From IMG/VR virus record IMGVR_UViG_2645727901_000008: 64,000 nucleotides of DNA. One strand, given 5' to 3'. The DNA is from a virus (lineage: Duplodnaviria; Heunggongvirae; Uroviricota; Caudoviricetes). The translations under genes were made by a program, and so were the position numbers. Below are positions 17,856-25,854 of the stretch, piece by piece; positions within the stretch are counted from its first letter, which is position 1; every line of letters begins with the position of its first letter. The notes beneath the pieces are model-generated. The model was not told the DNA's origin, made no database searches, and worked only from the letters and a program-made list of their open reading frames with translations.

Positions 17856-19232
17856 TTACCCAACAGAGGTTGACTCAAACATAGAAAAAATTAACCCTTT
17901 ACCTTCGCCAAACTCAGTCTCAATTTCATCAGAAACGGCAGATAAAATGCTACGCAGATCGACATCTCCGCCGCCGAACATATCGCCTAACGCTTGTTGT
18001 TGGTGAATAAGTTCATCGTTAATTTTTTGCGCCAGTTTCTTGAAAGCGGCCCCCATTCGCTTAGCGCTTCGGTTGTTGGCAACAATAAACAGAGCAAGCG
18101 CTTCTGCTTCCGGAGTGCTATCTCCAAACAATCCACGCTGTGCGATCACCTCTTCTACTGCCTGACCGTTATCTTTTGCTTCACGAACAAGGTTAATTGC
18201 TTCCTGGAGTGCTGCTATCGCCTGTGTATCCAGGCCATTAACCTGCTCTATACCGTCCACTAAGCCTGTTACTGCGTCATGGTGAGCGTCGCCAGACAGC
18301 GACTGCATTTGCGCAAAATCGCTGGCTGCCGTATTTAATGCGGTCAGGATATTACGCATTTCCGGATCTGGCTCTTCCGACACTAGCCGAACAAGCCTTT
18401 CATCCTTGTACGCTTTGGCAAAAATTGCATTCTGGATGCGATCGATAAGCTGTTTCGTGGGACGCCCATCGGCAGTAAGCAAGCCTGCCGTCGCTGTATC
18501 GCCAATTTCGCGCAAAAACGCACGAATAAACGCATCATTGGACCGCGCCAGCAGATTTCCATCATCTGAAGGATTAAATAGCGCCATGACGCTCTCAGTG
18601 AGAAATTGCGCATCCGCATACGCTTTTTCACTTGCTGCCATCTCTTGCAGATCGCTAATGTTTGAATCGCGGGCAAATTGAGCGCGGTCTACATCTGTGA
18701 GTCTTTCTCGCACTAGTACGGGCATAGACATTTGCGAAATTTCGTCAGGATTCAGACCAAACTCTTTCGCATGGTCGATCAGGTACTGGCGATACTCATC
18801 CGCCTGTCCTTGCTCATAGGCACGCCAGATACCCATACTCCTTCCGTTGCCGGATTCAACAACGTTGTCCGGACCAACTATCGGCGCTCCGTGGCTGCTC
18901 ATACCGGAATCCGTTAATTGTGCCGGGCGTAAATTGGAGGCAATACGGTTAACCTGGAGTTTGCTGGATAGCCGGGTACGATCTCGTGGTTGGAGTTCTT
19001 CCGGGAAGGCCGGGTTAATCATACCGTCAAGGTTGTTCGAAATGATCAGACTGCTGGCATCAACGACCTTAAAAGCCGTCTTTACCTCTGCACCTTTGCT
19101 GGTGACTACGTAGCTACTTCGCCCCAGGCGTGTTTCTTTCCTCTCTAATGAAGAAACCAGAGCAATGACGCTGTTAATATCTGCGGCCTCGGAAAGCGCA
19201 GAAGTAACTGATTTGTTCAAAATACACTCCAA
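17856..19232 (-). CDS. hypothetical virion-associated protein (Dar-operon neighbourhood)
   Basis: 458-aa acidic protein with its own late-type motif upstream; position suggests a head internal protein. Confidence 0.45.
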   Translation of the reverse strand: MECILNKSVTSALSEAADINSVIALVSSLERKETRLGRSSYVVTSKGAEVKTAFKVVDASSLIISNNLDGMINPAFPEELQPRDRTRLSSKLQVNRIASNLRPAQLTDSGMSSHGAPIVGPDNVVESGNGRSMGIWRAYEQGQADEYRQYLIDHAKEFGLNPDEISQMSMPVLVRERLTDVDRAQFARDSNISDLQEMAASEKAYADAQFLTESVMALFNPSDDGNLLARSNDAFIRAFLREIGDTATAGLLTADGRPTKQLIDRIQNAIFAKAYKDERLVRLVSEEPDPEMRNILTALNTAASDFAQMQSLSGDAHHDAVTGLVDGIEQVNGLDTQAIAALQEAINLVREAKDNGQAVEEVIAQRGLFGDSTPEAEALALFIVANNRSAKRMGAAFKKLAQKINDELIHQQQALGDMFGGGDVDLRSILSAVSDEIETEFGEGKGLIFSMFESTSVG

Positions 19233-19260
19233 CTATAGAGAAAGCTGTGAGTGTAAAAAG

Positions 19261-19271
19261 AGTGTGATTTA
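19261..19271 (-). promoter_or_regulatory. late-promoter-like motif (agtgtgattta)
   Basis: Core GTGATTT 29-39 bp upstream of the 458-aa gene start. Confidence 0.35.
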
Positions 19272-19314
19272 TGTGAGAACAGAGAAGTGAAAGGGGCATT
19301 TCGCCCCCTTTTGA

Positions 19315-19683
19315 TTACCCGGCATAACCGTTGGCTTTCACCCAGCTTATGGTCTGTTCTTTAGCCTGCTCCAACGTAAGGAACTCGCCAACATAGTTTG
19401 AGATCCCACGCAGCGCATCAATAAATTCCATTTGTGTGGACTTTGTGAACACACCGCCCAGGAAGTCAGTCACTATCTTAGGGACTTCATCTACAACAGG
19501 ATCAGTCTGTTGTTGCGGTTCCGCTGCCGGTTGCGCGGCAGTCCCCAGGCCCAATTTCAGCATCACATCAACAATCTGCTTACCAATGGTGACGCGTTGC
19601 AATACTGGCGCAGTTTTCTGCGCCTGCATTAGATCTGATAGCTCTTTACCTAATTTCAGGCGGTCTAAAACAGAGATGGTCAT
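19315..19683 (-). CDS. hypothetical protein
   Basis: 122-aa ORF whose start overlaps the stop of the 654-aa gene. Confidence 0.45.
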   Translation of the reverse strand: MTISVLDRLKLGKELSDLMQAQKTAPVLQRVTIGKQIVDVMLKLGLGTAAQPAAEPQQQTDPVVDEVPKIVTDFLGGVFTKSTQMEFIDALRGISNYVGEFLTLEQAKEQTISWVKANGYAG

Positions 19684-21614
19684 TAAGCACCTCCCTGCTG
19701 AATTTCAGCCAGAATGTTGATCAGGTAGTCAACTGCTGCACCCACAGTGGCTTCGTTCTCGTCGTATCGACCTGCACTGATTAGAGCATTTGCTGCTTCC
19801 TGTACATGATCAAGTTCAGTACTGATGACCGTCAGATCGCGGGGTGTAAACTGCTCCGGAACGGATTTCAGGTACTCCAGCGCTTTATCTGCCTCCTGAT
19901 CAGCTTCACTTGCTGATTCACCAGCTTCTTCTGGCTCCGGCTCCTGTTCTGTTGCTGGTTGTGGTTGTGATTCCGGATCAACCACATGCTCTGTTTTTAC
20001 TTCGATTGAATGATTTTGAAGGGCGTTATACACGTCCATAATGAAAAGGTTCTCCCCATCACCAAGTGGATACGCCACGTTTGGAAACGCTTTGCGGAAA
20101 AGAATTTTCACTTGCGCCTTGAATGTTTTCAGGTCACTGCCAAACAGGTCTACATAGCCATCAATATGTTTCGACATGCTGGACACAACCAATTGGCCTG
20201 CAAAATCTTTCAGCTCATCTTCATCAGGAAGATAGAGCAACTCGTACTGGCTGACTTCTTCATCTGTCAGTTTACGGTCATACGTAATGATACCGTGACG
20301 AGCATATTCGTAATACTGATCAGCCTGGTCAGGACGATCAATCACGGCTTTATTTCCATCCGGCACAGCACCAACACCAGCCGGGCGAGATTGAAGTGCA
20401 TAGTGGTATTTACCTACATCCTGGCTCTCTTGTTGTGATACTGGGTTCGTCTCGGGGTCTGTCTGTGGTGGTTCGGAGTCTTCCTGCTGGCCTGGTAACA
20501 CATCAACTTTATATTTATCTGCGTTATGCTCTCGGTAGGCTTTAAGTAATTTGGTTGCAGCATCTGCCAAACTGCCTCCTTTGACAGCACTGGCATCAAT
20601 ACTGAATTTACCTTCAGGTGCTACTATCGTAACGAAATTGTCACTGCCGGACGTGACATAATTAACTTCAGCGCCATTATCCAGCACTGTTTTTCCGTCA
20701 ATGGCAAGATTATGTTTTACATGTCGCAGCTGGTCACTAAACGCTCGCTCTTTCGTTTTTTCACCTTTAGCAGACAACAATTTATCGCGTTTTGCTTGTA
20801 ATTCCTCGTTGATGGCTTTCTGGGCATCAAGTTTTTTTTGCATCTCCGTAAGAGCAGCACGCTTTTCAGTCAGCCCACGTTGCGCAACTTCCACCTGATC
20901 AATCATTATTGACCGTTCTTCTGCCAGTTTATCTGCTTCATTGAGATAACTCTCAATATCTGCCTTCATTTTGTCCTGGCGCTCTTTTGCTTTCTTAAAT
21001 TTTTCGCTGTTACGCTCAATCAAATTAGATAGCGCCTGGCATACCTGGCTTAAAGAAACATCTCTCCCACCAATCGGGGCGACAACGTGAGTTACGTTAC
21101 GTTTATTAAGTAAAAACTGAAATGCAACAAGCTCGTCGTTACTCTTTATTTTTGCCCCGTCAGATGTTGGAGAGTGGAAAATTATGCTTGTACTCTGCCC
21201 GTCAGTAAGCGGTATCTGCGCGGTCAAAACAGGGATATTAGCTACCCGACGTACACGACCGATAATCGCACCACCAATACAATTACGTCCATTTTCATCG
21301 GCCCCGGCTTCATCAGTCCCTGCCATAATATTCGTACCATTCAGGCCACGATTCAGCGCACGGACGAAAGCTCGCATTGTTTGAGCTAACCGAATTCTGG
21401 TTGTAGTTATGGACTCAAACATAGCTTCGTCAGACACAACCAGAATTTCATTGCCCATATAGGCAAGCTCAATATCTTCTAAGGTCGCCGCCTCAAAAAT
21501 CAGGTCATCTTCGCTTAATTCTTCTGAAGACCAGCGACTTGGCATATAGCCGGGGATCGTATCAGCAAAAGTAGACTGAATATTAATTCGTAAAGGATTG
21601 TTAATCATGCTCAT
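19683..21614 (-). CDS. large acidic virion protein, DarA-like by size and position
   Basis: About 640 aa from ATG 21614; long coiled-coil and acidic segments; sits after the holin pair as darA does in P1 (from memory). No diagnostic motif. Confidence 0.4.
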   Translation of the reverse strand: MSMINNPLRINIQSTFADTIPGYMPSRWSSEELSEDDLIFEAATLEDIELAYMGNEILVVSDEAMFESITTTRIRLAQTMRAFVRALNRGLNGTNIMAGTDEAGADENGRNCIGGAIIGRVRRVANIPVLTAQIPLTDGQSTSIIFHSPTSDGAKIKSNDELVAFQFLLNKRNVTHVVAPIGGRDVSLSQVCQALSNLIERNSEKFKKAKERQDKMKADIESYLNEADKLAEERSIMIDQVEVAQRGLTEKRAALTEMQKKLDAQKAINEELQAKRDKLLSAKGEKTKERAFSDQLRHVKHNLAIDGKTVLDNGAEVNYVTSGSDNFVTIVAPEGKFSIDASAVKGGSLADAATKLLKAYREHNADKYKVDVLPGQQEDSEPPQTDPETNPVSQQESQDVGKYHYALQSRPAGVGAVPDGNKAVIDRPDQADQYYEYARHGIITYDRKLTDEEVSQYELLYLPDEDELKDFAGQLVVSSMSKHIDGYVDLFGSDLKTFKAQVKILFRKAFPNVAYPLGDGENLFIMDVYNALQNHSIEVKTEHVVDPESQPQPATEQEPEPEEAGESASEADQEADKALEYLKSVPEQFTPRDLTVISTELDHVQEAANALISAGRYDENEATVGAAVDYLINILAEIQQGGA

Positions 21615-22221
21615 CCTCCAGGCGCGCGATTTCTTCTTTAAGAGCACGTGTCTTAGCTACTTCCTGAGACAAGGCAGCTTTAACGTTACCCGTATCTTGC
21701 ATTACTTTGTCTGACTTGCTCTGGAGTTTAGACAGTTTGTCGTTAGCATTAGCGATATCTTCACGGAGTGCATCACGTGATTCTTTCGCTTCAGCTAATT
21801 TCTGAGCGTTAGATTTAACTCCCTGCCGCTTCTTATTTCCGTCATCAATATTTTTTGCTGCACGAGCAAGTTTTCGAGCTAATGACTTCTGGAAAGAAGT
21901 TGCTCCGCGATTAAATAAAGCCGCAAGAGATTGCCCCAAAGCCGACATTGTTTTTACTGGCTTGAACGGTACTGTTTTACCATTCAGTTTGATCCCAGAT
22001 ATATCACCGGTATCGTTAACCTGAACTTCCATTGTCTGTTCATCAATACCAATAAGGGTAAACGTGCGCGTCATGATCCCATCTTTCTTCCTGCCATTAC
22101 TTGCAGGGATCACCCTCGCTATCTTGTAACCACCTTTGCTGATTTCTTTGACGAGTTTTGCCAGCCCCTTTTCGTTTAACTCATCATAATTAAGAAGAAC
22201 ATAATTATTCTTATTTGACAT
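21601..22221 (-). CDS. hypothetical lysine-rich protein
   Basis: About 206 aa from ATG 22221, K/A-rich with a coiled-coil C-terminus; overlaps both neighbouring genes. Confidence 0.45.
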   Translation of the reverse strand: MSNKNNYVLLNYDELNEKGLAKLVKEISKGGYKIARVIPASNGRKKDGIMTRTFTLIGIDEQTMEVQVNDTGDISGIKLNGKTVPFKPVKTMSALGQSLAALFNRGATSFQKSLARKLARAAKNIDDGNKKRQGVKSNAQKLAEAKESRDALREDIANANDKLSKLQSKSDKVMQDTGNVKAALSQEVAKTRALKEEIARLEDEHD

Positions 22222-22657
22222 CCCAGTCTCCTTCACGCTTTTCGATCGTAAACTGGCGCTCTATGCAGTCATTGATAGGGAAAATGCGATAAAGCGGATT
22301 CAGTCGACAGTTACCGTTAGTCAATGTGACTTTCAGATCCCACTTCGTTGGCTCAAGATATTTCGTATCGATGAGCAAATACTCTTCTCTCTCACCGCGT
22401 TTTGAGGCGTCAACTGGTCGCGTTTTCCCTGAAATAACCACAGATGGATTTTTCAGGTCTTGCAACCAATATTCGATTTGAGCATTGCTGACCCAGCTTC
22501 GCTTAACACGTAGCGAAACAGGAAATGCTATAGCGGATTCTTTCACTACAGCGTCACCAATACTCAAAATCTCAACACTCTTGCGACGAAAAATGAAACG
22601 GTCAATGATGGCAACAAATGCCATGATAAAAATGAAATAATTTCCAAAGTTACCCAT
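22211..22657 (-). CDS. membrane protein, antiholin-like (LydB position)
   Basis: 148 aa with N-terminal TM helix YFIFIMAFVAIIDRFIF; second gene of the late operon after a holin-like gene. Confidence 0.4.
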   Translation of the reverse strand: MGNFGNYFIFIMAFVAIIDRFIFRRKSVEILSIGDAVVKESAIAFPVSLRVKRSWVSNAQIEYWLQDLKNPSVVISGKTRPVDASKRGEREEYLLIDTKYLEPTKWDLKVTLTNGNCRLNPLYRIFPINDCIERQFTIEKREGDWDVK

Positions 22658-22983
22658 TATTTCTCTCCACCTTTTCCCCCATTCGCTATTACGCTTAAGA
22701 GATTCAAGACGTTACTAGCTCTGGACTTCAAGCCCTGTAAAATTTCACTACCGTTGTTACTGGCAATCAGAACAACGCAGAAAATGATACCTTCAGGCCA
22801 TTCTTGGCTAACCGCCACCCCATACCCCGCAAGCCCGGCTGTTACCGCAGTAAACAATTCACTCGCAAGATTGAGCAGGGACGCAGAAATGCGCCCGTCT
22901 CTAACTCCGAGAAGGAATACGCCGGTTCCACTTAGTAGGGATGTTATGACTACTACAGCCAGATTTTCATAATCTGCAAACAT
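22657..22983 (-). CDS. holin-like membrane protein (LydA position)
   Basis: 108 aa with two or three hydrophobic helices; SD ggagggg; first gene after a late-type motif. Confidence 0.45.
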   Translation of the reverse strand: MFADYENLAVVVITSLLSGTGVFLLGVRDGRISASLLNLASELFTAVTAGLAGYGVAVSQEWPEGIIFCVVLIASNNGSEILQGLKSRASNVLNLLSVIANGGKGGEK

Positions 22984-23023
22984 ACCCCTCCAGAAATAAC
23001 ATCTAATGCGCCACTAACTTAGT

Positions 23024-23038
23024 CAGTTTGTTATTTCC
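23024..23038 (-). promoter_or_regulatory. late-promoter-like motif (cagtttgttatttcc)
   Basis: 14 of 15 identical to the copies at 28729 and 60401; 41-55 bp upstream of the holin-like gene. Confidence 0.45.
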
Positions 23039-23061
23039 TTACAGGACATCTTCTAGAATCT

Positions 23062-23084
23062 CCCCCCTTAACATACAAGGGGGG
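23062..23084 (+). promoter_or_regulatory. stem-loop sequestering the cin Shine-Dalgarno
   Basis: Perfect 8-bp stem cccccctt/aagggggg with a 7-nt loop; the 3' arm is the G-rich SD 4 nt before the cin ATG at 23089. Confidence 0.45.
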
Positions 23085-23088
23085 ACAT

Positions 23089-23649
23089 ATGCTTATTGGA
23101 TACATTCGCGTATCAACTAATGACCAAAACACCGCTTTACAACGAAACGCCCTTGAAAGCGCAGGATGTGAGCTAATTTTTGAGGATAAGGCGAGCGGCA
23201 AAAAGGCTGAACGCCCAGGGTTAAAAAAGGTTCTGCGTATTCTTTCCAGAGGTGACACCCTGGTCGTATGGAAGTTAGATCGTCTTGGGCGCAGCATGCG
23301 TCACTTGGTTGTGCTGGTGGAAGAGCTGCGTGACAGAGGCATTAACTTCCGGAGTCTCACTGACTCCATCGACACCAGTACACCAATGGGGCGCTTTTTC
23401 TTTCACGTAATGGGGGCGCTGGCAGAAATGGAACGTGAGCTTATCATTGAACGTACACGCGCTGGACTTGATGCAGCTCGCGCAGAAGGTCGTATAGGTG
23501 GGCGTCGGCCTAAATACCAAGAAGAAACATGGCAGCAAATGCGGCGATTGCTGGAGAAGGGCATCCCTCGTAAGCAAGTTGCAATCATCTATGATGTGGC
23601 TGTTTCCACGCTTTATAAGAAGTTTCCGGCATCATCATTTCAATCCTAA
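23089..23649 (+). CDS. cin: serine DNA invertase (Cin/Gin/Pin/Hin family)
   Basis: 186 aa; MLIGYIRVSTNDQNT ... VVWKLDRLGRSM ... FFFHVMGALAEMERELIIERT is near-identical in pattern to P1 Cin and e14 Pin as recalled; lies next to the invertible segment. Confidence 0.92.
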   Translation: MLIGYIRVSTNDQNTALQRNALESAGCELIFEDKASGKKAERPGLKKVLRILSRGDTLVVWKLDRLGRSMRHLVVLVEELRDRGINFRSLTDSIDTSTPMGRFFFHVMGALAEMERELIIERTRAGLDAARAEGRIGGRRPKYQEETWQQMRRLLEKGIPRKQVAIIYDVAVSTLYKKFPASSFQS

Positions 23650-23666
23650 ACCTTGGTTTAAGAGAA
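23641..23666. other. cix-like crossover site (left)
   Basis: 26-bp site caatcctaaaccttggtttaagagaa matches 19 of 26 positions of the hix/gix consensus as recalled; straddles the outer edge of the left inverted repeat. Confidence 0.6.
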
Positions 23667-23834
23667 CTCGGTACCAGCGGTGAAAAGATCCCCCTGTTGA
23701 GTACGGCTAACACATGGAGTGCGCGCCAGACTTTCAACGGCGGGATCACCGGGGCGCTGACAGGGAACGCCGACACCGCGACGAAATTGAAAACAGCTCG
23801 AACAATCAACGGGGTGGGATTTGATGGTTCTAAA
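23650..23834 (+). repeat. left 185-bp inverted repeat of the invertible segment
   Basis: Reverse complement of 26839..27023, identical by direct reading. Confidence 0.85.
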
Positions 23835-24761
23835 GATATTACACTGACTCCTGAAAATCTTGGCTTGACGGATATCGTGTCTCAAGCTGGTAACGCCGTT
23901 CAGCGTTCCGGCGATAAAATGACCGGAGAACTGAAAATTGGTACGGTGAATGCGCTTCGGATATTTGATGAAGCATTCGGTCTTATTTTCCGTCGTTCAG
24001 AAGATTTTCTTCATTTCATTCCGACGGCTGAAGGACAAGGCGAAAACGGTGATATCGGCCCATTAAGGCCATTCGCTATAAATCTGAGAACAGGTGCTAT
24101 ATCTGTCAGCCACGGGGCCAAAATTGAAGGAGGTCTAGCTATTGGTGCTACTGATAACGCACTGGGTGAAAACTCCATTGTTCTGGGAGATAACGACACC
24201 GGATTTAGGCAAGATGGAGATGGTATTATTAGCTTCTATTCAAATGGTTCGCGCATCGGACATATTGATGGGTTAGGATTATATCTTTATAAAGATATTG
24301 AATCTAATGGCAGCAATTTTAGATTAAAAAGTAATTACCGCCACCACATTACATTCGCCAACGAAGACGGAAGTATTCGTATGTTTTTGTGGAAAGATAA
24401 CGGTGGTGATGGTGTTCATATTAATAACGGTTCAGATGGTGGTGGTGACTTCATCTTTAAAAGGGATGGCGGTTTCACTCTGGGAAGTGGTGCGCAAGTC
24501 GCGTCTAGTGGCGATATTTATGGTTCAGTGTGGGAAAACAACTGGTTAAGCACATGGCTGCATAATCATGTCGTTCGGGATATTCGTCTTGGCAGCATTG
24601 AACATAAAAACGTATGGCGCGACTACGGCTTTGGCGATGCGTCAGGTTATGTTTTAACAGCCGCAATTAACAGCAATGCGGATGATATTGTCGACACTGT
24701 TGCCAGAAGGCCAATTCAGAAATTGATTGGGGGAATATGGTACAACGTGGGGAGTGTTTAA
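23650..24761 (+). CDS. alternative tail-fibre C-terminal segment (Sv'), silent in this orientation
   Basis: In-frame coding starts at the repeat edge with no own start; shares [22 protein letters not shown]... with the expressed fibre and ends in the fibre-tip motif [16 protein letters not shown]. Confidence 0.75.
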
Positions 24762-24762
24762 G

Positions 24763-25290
24763 ATGATGCACCTGAAAAATATTAAGGCCGGGAATCCGAA
24801 AACACCGGAACAATACCAGCTAACTAAAAAAGCGGGCGTGGTATGGCTCTTTTGCGAAGATGGCAAGAACTGGTATGAGGAACAAAAGAATTTTCAGCCA
24901 GACACCATAAAAATTGCTTACGATGAGAACAACATCATCGTTGCTGTCAGTAAAGACGTTTCAACTATTAATCCTGAAGGGCTAAGCATAGTTGAAGTTC
25001 CTGATATTACGGCAAATCGTCGCGCAGACAATAACGGAAAATGGATGTTTCTGGATGGTAAAGTAGTAAAGAGGGAATATACAGAACAGGAACTGCAACA
25101 ACAGGCCGAATCACAAAAGGCCGCGTTACTTTCCGAAGCAGAAAGCGTTATTCAGCCACTGGAACGCGCCGTCAGGCTGAATATGGCGACGGATGAGGAA
25201 CGCGCACGACTGGAGTCATGGGAACGCTACAGTGTTCTGGTCAGCCGTGTGGATACGGCAAATCCTGAATGGCCACAAAAGCCTGAATAA
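24763..25290 (+). CDS. tail-fibre assembly protein (U'), alternative copy
   Basis: [23 protein letters not shown]... parallels the minus-strand assembly gene; start overlaps the Sv' stop. Confidence 0.8.
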   Translation: MMHLKNIKAGNPKTPEQYQLTKKAGVVWLFCEDGKNWYEEQKNFQPDTIKIAYDENNIIVAVSKDVSTINPEGLSIVEVPDITANRRADNNGKWMFLDGKVVKREYTEQELQQQAESQKAALLSEAESVIQPLERAVRLNMATDEERARLESWERYSVLVSRVDTANPEWPQKPE

Positions 25291-25298
25291 AAATTAAG

Positions 25299-25318
25299 GC
25301 CCGATATCGGGCCTTGTC
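25299..25318. terminator. bidirectional terminator between convergent assembly genes
   Basis: Palindrome aaggcccgatatcgggcctt flanked by A/T runs. Confidence 0.6.
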
Positions 25319-25852
25319 TCATTCAGGTTGTTCGGGAAACGTTACTGGCAGGCAGGAGGTGTCTGTGGATTCGACTTTCTGCGCATAGAGCATCCACTCT
25401 GTTAATTTTTGTTTATTCTCGTCGGAAATGATGCCCAGCCGTAGCTGTGAGTCCCATAGCTGGGTTTTATCCCTGACGAGCTGTAGCAGGCTTTGCTTTT
25501 CATTTTCCGCCTGCTGCCTCTGCTCTTCCTCGGTATAAGTTCGCTTTACCACTACGCCATCTTTGAACATCCATTTACCAGAAATATCAGCCCGGCGATT
25601 TGCTGTAATATCAGGAACCTCAACGACGCTTGCGCCTTCTGGATTAATTGCTGAAACATCCTTTTCAATACAAATAATAACGCCGTTGTGGTCATAGACC
25701 ATTTTCAACGTATCAGACTGGAAATTCTTTTGTTCCTCATACCAGTTTTTTCCATCCTCTGTATAAAGCCATTTGATGTTAAATTGTTTCGTTAGCTGGT
25801 ATTGCTCTTTTGTTTTAGGGTTGCCCGCTGTAATATTTTTTAAGTGCATCAT
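25319..25852 (-). CDS. tail-fibre assembly protein (U), expressed copy
   Basis: 177 aa, MMHLKNITAGNPKTKEQYQLTKQ...; directly downstream of the fibre gene. Confidence 0.85.
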   Translation of the reverse strand: MMHLKNITAGNPKTKEQYQLTKQFNIKWLYTEDGKNWYEEQKNFQSDTLKMVYDHNGVIICIEKDVSAINPEGASVVEVPDITANRRADISGKWMFKDGVVVKRTYTEEEQRQQAENEKQSLLQLVRDKTQLWDSQLRLGIISDENKQKLTEWMLYAQKVESTDTSCLPVTFPEQPE

Positions 25853-25854
25853 AA

